Below, in pieces: positions 1 through 11,773 of a stretch of 29,774 nucleotides of DNA. Location: positions 17,566 through 47,339 of the forward strand of contig JBEQAF010000002.1 in assembly GCA_041640455.1 (NCBI GenBank). Reading direction: 5' to 3'. The notes under the pieces were generated by a model. That model searched no databases. It saw only the letters and a list, made by a program, of their open reading frames with translations, and had not been told where the DNA came from. The position numbers and the translations under genes are program-made. Source of the stretch: a bacterium. Its GTDB lineage: Bacteria; CALINM01. Within the stretch, counting starts at the first letter, position 1. Every line of letters begins with the position of its first letter.

Positions 1-270
1 TCAGAATCAGCCAGGATATTGAAAAATCTTGCAAATGTGCTGGGTATTCTTCAGGAAGATCCAAAAATCTTTTTTGACAGAGCTCTCGATAAACAGCTCG
101 ATGCCCTTGAACTTACAAGGGCTGACATTGAAAATCTTATCTCAGAGCGCAACGAGGCAAGGAAAAACAAAGACTATTCAAAGGCAGATGAGATAAGAAA
201 CAAGCTCTTTTCTATGGGGATAGAGCTGGAAGATACCAAAGAAGGCACCAGATATCGTATCAGGATTTAG
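1..270 (+). CDS. cysS: Cysteinyl-tRNA synthetase, C-terminal end (5'-partial)
   Basis: Frame open from base 1. [41 protein letters not shown] is the typical CysRS anticodon-binding C-terminus. Confidence 0.93.
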   Translation, partial: SESARILKNLANVLGILQEDPKIFFDRALDKQLDALELTRADIENLISERNEARKNKDYSKADEIRNKLFSMGIELEDTKEGTRYRIRI

Positions 271-439
271 ACTCCTTATCTTCCAGATCCTCCTCTGTAA
301 GGGGTCTTTCAATACGGTATTTTTCCTCGAGCCAGTTTAAAAGGTCTATCTCCTTGCACCGTTGCGAACAGAATGGGTAATACTTATCGTTTTCATACTC
401 CTTTCTGCAGAGATGACAGACTTTTTTTCTATCTTTCAT
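260..439 (-). CDS. yacG: DNA gyrase inhibitor YacG (59 aa, zinc finger)
   Basis: CHLC...[23 protein letters not shown] matches the YacG motif CxxC...PFCSxRCxxIDLxxW. Start moved to ATG 439, which follows AGGAAG. Overlaps the cysS end convergently (260-270). Confidence 0.88.
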   Translation of the reverse strand: MKDRKKVCHLCRKEYENDKYYPFCSQRCKEIDLLNWLEEKYRIERPLTEEDLEDKESKS

Positions 440-455
440 ATTTTTAATCTTCCTA

Positions 456-2450
456 TTATATCTCACAGACTTTTCCACATATCTCGTTAAAGTATGCAAT
501 GGCATTATTAATATTAGCTGGCTTGCCAACAAATATAACTATATCTCCATCCTTAAATCTGAAATCTGGCGAGGGGTTTGCAAAAAGCTCATCACCCCTT
601 TTTATAGCTATTATGTTCACTTTTGTTTTTTTTCTTATCTCCAGCTCTTTAATAGATCTGTCAATAAGATTACAGCTGGCTGTTACCATATAGCTTTCAA
701 TCTCCAGCTCTTTAAGAGCCTGATAGTGATCGAGCATATTAATTTTAGGCGCACTGATCTTCCTTAATGCAGTATAACTATTCTCCCTTATTGACTCCAC
801 CATATTCATTATAACATTTAAAGGAAAATGATAATACTTAAGCACCCTTGCAAATATCTCTATAGATGTTTCAAACTCCTCCGGTATTACTTCATTGGCT
901 CCAAGACTTTTCAGATCGTCCACCTCTGCCACATATCGGGTTCTGACTATTATATAAAGCTTTGGATTTATCTTTCTTGAAAGAGAGACAATTCTTCTTG
1001 TAGCTGAAGGATCTGATATGGCTATTACCAGTAGTTTTGCATTTTCTATACCCAGACTATGAAGGATGTCAATGCTTGTGCCATCTCCATAGAATATGGG
1101 CTCGCCCTTCTTTTTCATCTCCAGTACGGTGAAATTATTCATATCAAGCACCACATAGGGGATGGAAGACTCCTTAAGAACCCTTGCTAAATTTCTTCCG
1201 TTTAAACCAAAGCCTATAATTATGGTATGATCCTTTTTGTCAACAGAAAAGCTCTCTCTAACACTCCCCCTGTGACTGAAAAGACTCTTCACCAATCTCA
1301 AATTGCTAACATAATTTGCAAATTTAGGAGCAACGTTTATTAGAAATGGAGATATCATCATGGTGATAACTGAAGAGGCTAAAAAAAGCTGATAAAAGCT
1401 ATCGTCAATTATCTTAAGGTTTTTACCGAAGATCGCTAAAATAAATGAAAACTCACCTATCTGTGAAAGACCGATAGCAGAGACAATAGCTGGTCTCAGA
1501 GCAACATTTATAATCTGAACTGCTGCAAAAGCGGCTGCAAACTTAACGCTAACAATAGCCAGAAGCACAAGAAATATTTTGGGGAAGTTTTCCACCACAA
1601 AGCCAAAGCTAAGAAGCATTCCTACAGAAACGAAGAAAAGTCCCATAAAACTCTCTTTAAAGGGGATTATATCTGATAAAGCCTGATGGGCGTATTCGGA
1701 TTCGGAGATGATAAGACCGGCAAGAAATGCCCCTAAAGCCAGAGAAAGACCGAACCAAGATGTTACAATAGCAATGCCTAAACAGATCACTATAATGGAA
1801 ATTATAAACAGTTCCCTGCTTTTTGAATGAACCACCTGATGGAGAATAAAAGGGAATATATATTTTGAGCTTAAAAGCACCACTCCAATGATTAGTACCG
1901 CCTTTATAATTTTCTGAGCAAGATTAAATAAAGTAACCTCTTCTCCAGAGAGCATGGGAACCAGAAGCATCATTATAACCACAAAAAGATCCTGAAATAT
2001 CAGAATTCCCACCATAGTCTTGCCGTAGGGAGTGTCTATCTCCCCTTTTTCAGACAGTACCTTAAGCACTATGGCTGTACTGCTAAGAGACACAAGAAAC
2101 CCTGAGAATATGGCAACTCTGATATCTCTGAAAAGGAAATAGGCAAACAGGGTTGTTAAAGCTGTAGTAAGTGATACCTGAAGGGTGCCGCCTGCAAGTA
2201 CAATCTTTTTAATCCTTACAAGTTTTTTAAGAGAAAACTCAATCCCTATGGAGAAAAGAAGTAAAATTACACCAATTTCGGCAATTATCTCTATACTCTT
2301 TGCATCTTTAACAATTCCTACACCATAGGGACCTATAATGACTCCTGCAAACAAAAAGCCCACAAGCGAAGGAACATTTACCTTACTTAATACAAAAACT
2401 ATCAGCGCTGAAACTATAAATACTATCTCTAATATCTCTATGAATTCCAA
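456..2450 (-). CDS. CPA2-family (Kef-type) monovalent cation/H+ antiporter with TrkA-N and TrkA-C domains
   Basis: Multi-TM N-terminus with SLSSTAIVLKVL, ILIFQDL and SQIGEFSF motifs; Rossmann IIGFGLNGR...YGDGT; C-terminal RCK_C (IIAIKRG...NPSPDFRFKDGD). TTG start after GAGGT. Confidence 0.9.
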   Translation of the reverse strand: MEFIEILEIVFIVSALIVFVLSKVNVPSLVGFLFAGVIIGPYGVGIVKDAKSIEIIAEIGVILLLFSIGIEFSLKKLVRIKKIVLAGGTLQVSLTTALTTLFAYFLFRDIRVAIFSGFLVSLSSTAIVLKVLSEKGEIDTPYGKTMVGILIFQDLFVVIMMLLVPMLSGEEVTLFNLAQKIIKAVLIIGVVLLSSKYIFPFILHQVVHSKSRELFIISIIVICLGIAIVTSWFGLSLALGAFLAGLIISESEYAHQALSDIIPFKESFMGLFFVSVGMLLSFGFVVENFPKIFLVLLAIVSVKFAAAFAAVQIINVALRPAIVSAIGLSQIGEFSFILAIFGKNLKIIDDSFYQLFLASSVITMMISPFLINVAPKFANYVSNLRLVKSLFSHRGSVRESFSVDKKDHTIIIGFGLNGRNLARVLKESSIPYVVLDMNNFTVLEMKKKGEPIFYGDGTSIDILHSLGIENAKLLVIAISDPSATRRIVSLSRKINPKLYIIVRTRYVAEVDDLKSLGANEVIPEEFETSIEIFARVLKYYHFPLNVIMNMVESIRENSYTALRKISAPKINMLDHYQALKELEIESYMVTASCNLIDRSIKELEIRKKTKVNIIAIKRGDELFANPSPDFRFKDGDIVIFVGKPANINNAIAYFNEICGKVCEI

Positions 2451-2501
2451 ATAAACCTCACTGGCTTAAGAGTTAATTATATTTTACAATATTTTCAATT
2501 T

Positions 2502-2544
2502 ATGATCTAAATCAATTACATTAACTAACGATTTCCGATAAAAT
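2502..2544 (+). promoter_or_regulatory. FNR/Crp-family box ATGAT-CTAA-ATCAA with downstream -10 TAAAAT (class II promoter geometry)
   Basis: 2502-2515 matches TTGAT-N4-ATCAA at 9 of 10 positions. TAAAAT at 2539-2544. Box centre is about 42 nt upstream of ATG 2551. Confidence 0.6.
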
Positions 2545-2550
2545 TAACTT

Positions 2551-2775
2551 ATGAAAACCATAATATACATTATTTTTGTAGTTATTTCACTGTTTAACTA
2601 TGCGAGTGCCTTTGAATGCAGGGTCTGCCATAGCAAAAATCCAAAGATGGTTCGCATGCATAGAGCACTGAACTTTAAAGACTGCTTCTTATGCCACAAA
2701 CCCGGTGGCATAAAAAAGGATAAACTTAATGCACAGATGATATCCGATGAAAGATGCATAAGATGTCATAAATAG
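2551..2775 (+). CDS. Small secreted triheme c-type cytochrome
   Basis: Sec-type signal peptide ending ASA; three CxxCH motifs (CRVCH, CFLCH, CIRCH) in a mature chain of about 54 aa. Confidence 0.8.
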   Translation: MKTIIYIIFVVISLFNYASAFECRVCHSKNPKMVRMHRALNFKDCFLCHKPGGIKKDKLNAQMISDERCIRCHK

Positions 2776-2809
2776 AAAGAAAAGATTACCATCTGCAAAA
2801 GGAGAAGAT

Positions 2810-3136
2810 ATGTCGCTTGAAAACTATCTCGGTAAGATATTAAATCTTAAAAATATGGTAAGCTATTTTGATGGCTCTGTAGTAAGCAAGGAGATACTGA
2901 GAAAATCTACCGGTACACTGACCATTTTTGCCTTTGACAAAGGGCAGGGATTGAGTGAACACACAGCGCCCTTTGATGCCACCGTATTAATAGTGGAAGG
3001 CAAGGCAAACATATTTATAAATAGTGTGCTGCATCAGGTTAATGAGGGTGAGATGATAATAATGCCTGCTAATGTGCCCCATTCGCTTTACGCAGAGGAG
3101 CCCTTCAAAATGCTCCTGATAATGATAAAATCTTAG
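2810..3136 (+). CDS. Cupin_2 domain protein
   Basis: FDKGQGLSEHTAPFDA...GEMIIMPANVPHSL cupin motifs; SD AGGAG before ATG. Confidence 0.88.
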   Translation: MSLENYLGKILNLKNMVSYFDGSVVSKEILRKSTGTLTIFAFDKGQGLSEHTAPFDATVLIVEGKANIFINSVLHQVNEGEMIIMPANVPHSLYAEEPFKMLLIMIKS

Positions 3137-3573
3137 CTGTTTGTAGCCCTATGCAAGAACGCATTTATCTGATCTAAAGGCAGTGCTCCAGCCACACGGT
3201 TTAAAGGCTCACCATTTTTCAAAACTATCATTGTTGGAACGCCCTTTATCTGAAACATCTGAGCTATCTCAGGATTATTTAACACATTAATCTTAACTAC
3301 CTTAACTAATCCCTTCCAGATTTTTGCCACATCATCCATTAAAGGAGCAGTTCTAATGCAGTGCGGACAGGTGGGAGACCAGAGATACAAAAGCACAAAA
3401 CCCATGTGTTCCTGCACCTCTTTTTTAAAGTCCGAATAATCAATCTCTACCGCTTTATCAGTAATCTTAAGCAGACTTCTGCATCTGCCACATCTTGGAT
3501 TACTGTTTATCTTTTCTAATAGCACCTTATTCTGAGCGCCGCATTCTTCACATCTAACCAGAATGCTATCCAT
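3133..3573 (-). CDS. trxC: Thioredoxin 2 (TrxC-like) with N-terminal Zn-binding CxxC pair
   Basis: CEEC...CGRC N-terminal domain, thioredoxin fold with WSPTCPHC and GVPT. ATG 3573 preferred (GGAGG upstream); the ORF track starts at 3582. Confidence 0.8.
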   Translation of the reverse strand: MDSILVRCEECGAQNKVLLEKINSNPRCGRCRSLLKITDKAVEIDYSDFKKEVQEHMGFVLLYLWSPTCPHCIRTAPLMDDVAKIWKGLVKVVKINVLNNPEIAQMFQIKGVPTMIVLKNGEPLNRVAGALPLDQINAFLHRATNS

Positions 3574-3575
3574 AA

Positions 3576-4919
3576 TCAGCACTTACCTCCTACAGTTAAT
3601 GCCGGGATAAAAAGAGAAGGCTGACCATCTCCAACAGGTACACCCTGCCCTTCCTTGCCACAGGTGCCAATAGCTGTACCAAAGTCGTTACCTACTGCCT
3701 CAATATCATCAAGAACCTTTGGACCGTTGCCTATAATACTCAAATTTTTAAGCGGATAGGTTATCTCTCCGTTTTCAATCATATTTCCATCTTGAATCTC
3801 AAAGATAAAGTCCCCTGTGAGGGTATTTACCTGACCACCGCCCATTTTGGTAACAAACACACCCTTTTCGATAGATTTTATTATGTCAAACACATTATCA
3901 TTTCCAGGTTTTATAAAGGTATTTGTCATTCTGGGATAGGGTTTATGGTTGTAGCTCTGCCTTCTTCCATTACCGGTGGAATTTACATGGTGTTTGAAGG
4001 CATAAAATTTATCATACAGATAATTTTTCAGATATCCTCTGTCAATTAGCAGCGTCTCCTGAGCATCGGTCCCCTCATCATCGCAGAAAAAGCTCCCCCA
4101 GCTTTTATTAACCCTTGAGCTGTCAATTACAGTTATTTTTTCAGAAGCAACCTTTTCCCCAAGCCGCCCTCTATATATGGATATCCCCTTATCTACCAGA
4201 TCTGCCTCAAGCCCATGTCCTACCGCTTCATGGATTAAGGTTCCACCAGCTGATGCGGATATTATAACGGGAAAAATACCTGACGGTCCGTCTTTTGCAA
4301 TTTTTTGTGCCTTTGCTCTATTTACACAGTTATCAATAATTTCTTTAATATTATTATCTGAGATCTCTTTAAATGTATAACCAACGCTTTCATGCACGGA
4401 AGCCTTTTCACCATCTCTTTTAACAGTTAGATTAACAAATATGCGCTCGCCCATAGTTAAAGACCTTGTGGACTTATGTTCCGTATTGGCAACAGCAAAG
4501 TTTTTTCTATATCTCTGAAAGAGAATATTAATATTTATCAGATTATCTATCCTTGAGCGAAGCTCATCGGCAAGTCTTTTGACCAGCTCGATTGATTCCT
4601 CTTTTTTTCTTATAAAATCAAAATCTTCTGTGAATATCCTGTCTTCAATGAAAGAAAAGGGGATATCTTTTGATGACATATTTTTTAGATGGGCATTTAC
4701 AAGCGCTTCGGAAGGTAAATAGTTTGTGGCGGTAAAAAATATATTCTCACCTTTAAATGTTCTCAGGGATACCCCTTTGTCTCTGGTCTGAAGACACTTT
4801 TCTATATTTTCATTAAATAGCTCTATAACAAAAATTTCCATATCCTCTTCGTAAAACTCACTGAAATCGCCTGACGATGCAATCCTGGAAAGAATAGTCT
4901 GGCTATCATAGTTAATCAT
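3576..4919 (-). CDS. tldD: TldD-family metalloprotease
   Basis: HEAVGHGLEAD (HExxxH), DDEGT, GNGRRQSY...PRMTNT, GTCGKEGQGVPVGDGQP. Confidence 0.92.
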   Translation of the reverse strand: MINYDSQTILSRIASSGDFSEFYEEDMEIFVIELFNENIEKCLQTRDKGVSLRTFKGENIFFTATNYLPSEALVNAHLKNMSSKDIPFSFIEDRIFTEDFDFIRKKEESIELVKRLADELRSRIDNLININILFQRYRKNFAVANTEHKSTRSLTMGERIFVNLTVKRDGEKASVHESVGYTFKEISDNNIKEIIDNCVNRAKAQKIAKDGPSGIFPVIISASAGGTLIHEAVGHGLEADLVDKGISIYRGRLGEKVASEKITVIDSSRVNKSWGSFFCDDEGTDAQETLLIDRGYLKNYLYDKFYAFKHHVNSTGNGRRQSYNHKPYPRMTNTFIKPGNDNVFDIIKSIEKGVFVTKMGGGQVNTLTGDFIFEIQDGNMIENGEITYPLKNLSIIGNGPKVLDDIEAVGNDFGTAIGTCGKEGQGVPVGDGQPSLFIPALTVGGKC

Positions 4920-5127
4920 ATCTCACCTCCAGAATTTTCAGAGAGATGCTTTGCTTCATAAGCTCCAGAAGCTCTTTGAGCTCATTCTCGTAATAGGGAG
5001 ATACCATAATCTCAATCAGAGGTATATTTTTATCGATTGTTCTCACAACTCCGTATCTCTCAGACACCTCGAGAACGGAGCAAAAAAATACTATATCCCT
5101 TTTATCCATGGTTATAAGATAGGTCAT
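4912..5127 (-). CDS. Small conserved hypothetical protein, DUF4911-like
   Basis: 71 aa, RDIVFFCSVLEVSERYGVVRTIDK...IEIMVSP pattern resembles DUF4911; overlaps the tldD start. Confidence 0.65.
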   Translation of the reverse strand: MTYLITMDKRDIVFFCSVLEVSERYGVVRTIDKNIPLIEIMVSPYYENELKELLELMKQSISLKILEVRYD

Positions 5128-5133
5128 ATAATA

Positions 5134-5162
5134 ATCATATAATTTTCCCCTTTTACTTACAA
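5134..5162 (-). promoter_or_regulatory. sigma70-type promoter TTGTAA-17-TATGAT for the DUF4911-like/tldD/trxC operon
   Basis: Minus strand: -35 at 5162-5157, -10 at 5139-5134, then 6 nt to ATG 5127. Confidence 0.6.
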
Positions 5163-5180
5163 GCTTATCTGTTCTGGGGA

Positions 5181-5209
5181 AAATAAAAAAGGGGGCTAAA
5201 GCCCCCTTT
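5181..5209 (-). terminator. Rho-independent terminator of fhs
   Basis: Minus strand AAAGGGGGC-TTTA-GCCCCC followed by TTTTTTATTT, about 25 nt after the fhs stop. Confidence 0.88.
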
Positions 5210-5233
5210 CAAAATATTAATATGAAAATCGGT

Positions 5234-7033
5234 TTAGAACAGACCTTTTACCTTACCGGTATTTACGTCAACATCAATTCTTCTGAAAGCTGGATCTGAA
5301 GCTGTTCCTGGCATAAGCTTAATTGCTCCCGCAACAGGAACGATAAAACCTGCGCCCTTAAACACCAGAATGTCTCTTACAAAGAGTTTCCAGTTCTTAG
5401 GTGCACCCTTCAGGTTAGGATTATCGGAAAGTGATAGATGGGTCTTAACCATACAGGTACCCAATGCTGACAACTCTGGATTGGCTTCAATATCCTTTGC
5501 CTTTGCCAGAGCTTCAGGTGAATACTCAACGCCATCAGCTCCATAAACATTTGTCGCAATAAGGTTGATTCTCTCTCTAAGCGGAGTTGAGAGCTCGTAG
5601 AGGAATTTAAAGTTGTTAGGTTCGTTGCATGCATCAATTACTGCATCTGCTAATTCCAGCGCACCTTCTCCGCCATACTGCCAGTGTTTGGACAGAGCAA
5701 CCCTTGCGCCTGCCTGCTCACACAGTCTTCTAACAGTTTTAATCTCATTTTCTGTGTCTGTATAGAATGCATTGATACAAACAACAGGGTTTACGCCTGA
5801 TTTTTTAACAATATTGATACAATGATTCAGGTTTTCAAAGCCTTTCTCAACATAGCCGATGTTTTCTTTACTATACTCTTCGGGAAGCGGTCTGCCTGGA
5901 ACAGGAATCGGCGCACCACCATGGCTTTTTAAGGCTCTGATGGTTGCAACTATAACTGCGGCGTTAGGTGTTAAACCAGAGTATCTGCATTTTAAATTCC
6001 AGAACTTTTCAAAACCAATATCTGCAGCAAAACCTGACTCGGTCACGTTGTAATCGGCTAGCTTAAGAGCTACTCTATCAGCGATAACAGATGACTGTCC
6101 TATAGCAATATTGGCAAATGGACCTGCATGAACAAATACTGGCTGACCTTCAACAGTCTGGATAAGGTTTGGATTAAGTGCTGGTAGCATCCAGGCTGTC
6201 ATTGCGCCTGCCACATCAAGATCTTCACAGGTAACGGGTTTTCCAGACTTGCTATAGCCAACAACAATTTTTCCTATTCTTTCTCTGAAATCTTTCAGGT
6301 CTCTGGCTACTGCTAAAATAGCCATAACTTCTGAGGATACGGCTATATCAAATCTGGACTCCATCATAAAACCATCCTGTTTACCACCAAGGCCGATGAT
6401 GATTTTTCTCAGAGCCTGGGCACAGAAGTCCATAATCCAGCCCATCTGAACATTTCTGGCATCTATATCAAGCCTTTTCAATCCTCTTTTTTCAAGCTCT
6501 GCATCTGTGTAGTTATACTCGTGTTGCATTCTCGAAGTTAAAGCGACCATTGCCAGATTGTGAGCATTCATAATTGCATTAATGTCGCCTGTAAAACCAA
6601 GCGAGAACTCTGTTAGAGGAATACACTGTGAAAGACCACCACCTGCGGCTGAACCTTTAACATTCATTGTGGGTCCACCAGAGGGCTGTCTTATAGCCGC
6701 AACTACCTTCTTCCCTCTTTTGCCCATACCCTGAACAAGACCGATTGTGGTAGTTGATTTACCTTCCCCAAGCGGTGTAGGGGTGATGGCTGTAACATCA
6801 ATATATTTACCATCAGGCTTATTTTTTAATCTTTCAAGAACTTTTTGATAATCTACCTTAGCGATATAATGACCGTAAGGCAGAAGCTCTTCATCCGTAA
6901 GCCCGAGCTCTTCGGCAATCTGCTTAATTGGTTTCATAGTTTTTTCAGCTTCTTCAGCAATCTGCCAGTCCTTAAGCTCTCCCCTTCCAAGTTTTTCTGT
7001 GAACTCTTTGTAAGTTTTTGGATCTAGTGGCAT
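5234..7033 (-). CDS. fhs: Formate--tetrahydrofolate ligase
   Basis: [49 protein letters not shown] motifs; SD GGAGGT. Confidence 0.97.
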   Translation of the reverse strand: MPLDPKTYKEFTEKLGRGELKDWQIAEEAEKTMKPIKQIAEELGLTDEELLPYGHYIAKVDYQKVLERLKNKPDGKYIDVTAITPTPLGEGKSTTTIGLVQGMGKRGKKVVAAIRQPSGGPTMNVKGSAAGGGLSQCIPLTEFSLGFTGDINAIMNAHNLAMVALTSRMQHEYNYTDAELEKRGLKRLDIDARNVQMGWIMDFCAQALRKIIIGLGGKQDGFMMESRFDIAVSSEVMAILAVARDLKDFRERIGKIVVGYSKSGKPVTCEDLDVAGAMTAWMLPALNPNLIQTVEGQPVFVHAGPFANIAIGQSSVIADRVALKLADYNVTESGFAADIGFEKFWNLKCRYSGLTPNAAVIVATIRALKSHGGAPIPVPGRPLPEEYSKENIGYVEKGFENLNHCINIVKKSGVNPVVCINAFYTDTENEIKTVRRLCEQAGARVALSKHWQYGGEGALELADAVIDACNEPNNFKFLYELSTPLRERINLIATNVYGADGVEYSPEALAKAKDIEANPELSALGTCMVKTHLSLSDNPNLKGAPKNWKLFVRDILVFKGAGFIVPVAGAIKLMPGTASDPAFRRIDVDVNTGKVKGLF

Positions 7034-7254
7034 ACTTACCTCCCCTAATTAAGATATGTTTATTTGATTACTGCTGATATAATTTGATGGTTAGAACTCA
7101 AGACAGGCTTTTCAAATAAAACCATCCCTTCCCCCAAATAGATAAAAAACTTGATATCCTTTTACCACAACTTAAAATCTAATACAAGTTTTTTTTATGT
7201 TTAAAAAAGTTATAGGGGGTTATTTCTGAAAACAATTTTTGTTAACATATTAAT

Positions 7255-8436
7255 ATGTCAGACATGAATGTTTATTTCGTCAGAACCAGGTGGAACTATT
7301 ACAGCGTTGCCACCCTGTTTGCTATAGTAGAAGAGCTGGATTTTGTCAAACCACATTTTATAGCCTTTGAAGAGCTTGATCATGTCAATATTCCGGATGG
7401 ATCTGTTATCTGTTTTTCACTAAACACCATCTTTTACAAACAAAATAAAGAAGAAATAATCAGGATAATAAAGAGATTGAAAAGCTATAAAAATTATCAC
7501 TTTATTGCCGGTGGTCCCCATTGTCTGATAAATTCTTCGGAACTTTTACAAGATGGTTTTGATGTTTTGTCTGTTGGTAGCGGTGAAAAGAATCTGATAA
7601 CCATACTGTTTCATATAAAAAATAACATTCCCTTAGCCAGTATATTCAAAGAGCATATAACATCTCTTGATGATTACAAACCATTCCCGACAAAACATTT
7701 TTATTACAAGCCTATTGAAATTACCAGAGGCTGTCCTCATTGCTGTAAATTCTGCCAGACCAGTTTTCTTTTTGGTACCAGGCTTTATCATAGAAGTCCA
7801 GAAAATATATTTAAATATGTAAAGTTTGCATTTGAAAAAAATATAAAAGACTTTAGATTTATCTCCCCCAACGCCTTATCCTACGGTTCAGATGGATTAA
7901 AAATAAACCTACCAGCTATTGAAGAGCTTCTATCGGGGCTAAAAAAAATTTTAGGACAAAGTGGTAGAATTTTTTTTGGAAGTTTTCCCTCGGAGGTAAG
8001 ACCTGAATTTATAACTCCTGAAGTGCTGGCTATTCTGAAAAAATATGTGGACAATAAAAGGCTAACAATTGGAGCTCAAACCGGTAGTGAAAGACTGCTT
8101 AAACTATCTCACAGAGGACACAGCAAGGATCAGATTATCAATGCCATAGATCTTACCATAGAATCTGGATTTACCGCTGACGTTGATATAATCTTTGGCA
8201 TGCCAGATGAAACAGAGGAAGATATTTATGAAACCTTAGATCTGATTAATAAATACAGAAATAAAAATGTAAAATTTCATCTTCACTATTTTCTGCCCCT
8301 GCCCGGCACACCCTGGCATACTAAAAAGCCAGCTGAGCTACCTCAGAAAATAATTAAAAAGCTTGAATATCTTACGGGAATCGGGCTTATCTGGGGGCTT
8401 TGGAAATATCAGAAACAGTTCTCCACAAGCTCATAG
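7255..8436 (+). CDS. B12-binding-domain/radical SAM protein (TIGR04013-like)
   Basis: IEITRGCPHCCKFCQT (CxxxCxxC), AGGPH, GSGE, FFGSFPSEVRPE, IGAQTGS, PLPGTP. Confidence 0.82.
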   Translation: MSDMNVYFVRTRWNYYSVATLFAIVEELDFVKPHFIAFEELDHVNIPDGSVICFSLNTIFYKQNKEEIIRIIKRLKSYKNYHFIAGGPHCLINSSELLQDGFDVLSVGSGEKNLITILFHIKNNIPLASIFKEHITSLDDYKPFPTKHFYYKPIEITRGCPHCCKFCQTSFLFGTRLYHRSPENIFKYVKFAFEKNIKDFRFISPNALSYGSDGLKINLPAIEELLSGLKKILGQSGRIFFGSFPSEVRPEFITPEVLAILKKYVDNKRLTIGAQTGSERLLKLSHRGHSKDQIINAIDLTIESGFTADVDIIFGMPDETEEDIYETLDLINKYRNKNVKFHLHYFLPLPGTPWHTKKPAELPQKIIKKLEYLTGIGLIWGLWKYQKQFSTSS

Positions 8437-8455
8437 TTTTCTAATTATCCCAGAT

Positions 8456-10709
<2,254 letters not shown>

Positions 10710-10730
10710 GCCTCTCTGAGTAAAATCCAG

Positions 10731-10761
10731 GCCCCCATTTATAGCTTGGGGGCTATTTTTT
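10731..10761 (+). terminator. Rho-independent terminator of katG
   Basis: GCCCCCA-tttatagct-TGGGGGC followed by TATTTTTT. Confidence 0.8.
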
Positions 10762-10781
10762 CATTTTATAAAAAAATCTTT

Positions 10782-10813
10782 TATTACAAAATTGTTATCT
10801 ATTACAAAATTGT
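10782..10813. repeat. Perfect 14-bp direct repeat TATTACAAAATTGT x2 (period 18), candidate NifA upstream activator site
   Basis: Copies at 10782-10795 and 10800-10813, each with the dyad ACAA-AA-TTGT, about 60-90 bp upstream of the sigma54 -24 element. Confidence 0.7.
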
Positions 10814-10853
10814 AGTAACAATTCTTCTTCTCCCCAAAAATCATTTCCAATAA

Positions 10854-10866
10854 TTTCAATAGCTTA
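10854..10866 (+). promoter_or_regulatory. IHF-like site between the putative enhancer and the sigma54 promoter
   Basis: TTTCAA-TAGC-TTA against the consensus WATCAA-N4-TTR, with an AT-rich tract upstream. Confidence 0.4.
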
Positions 10867-10870
10867 TAAG

Positions 10871-10886
10871 TTGGCACAGTTACTGC
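10871..10886 (+). promoter_or_regulatory. sigma54 (-24/-12) promoter of the nif operon
   Basis: TTGGCACAGTTACTGC: GG (10873-10874)-N10-GC (10885-10886), 35 nt before nifH. Confidence 0.88.
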
Positions 10887-10900
10887 GGTAGTCTCAATAA

Positions 10901-11758
<858 letters not shown>

Positions 11759-11773
11759 TAAGAGAGGTGCACT

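Noticed and set aside
440..532. N-terminal extension of YacG in the ORF track
   Set aside because: Overlaps the kef gene end; ATG 439 gives a YacG of normal size with an SD-like sequence.
7231..7243. AACAATTTTTGTT as a third copy of the nif enhancer motif
   Set aside because: Spacer is 3 nt rather than 2, it is a single copy, and no sigma54 promoter is nearby.
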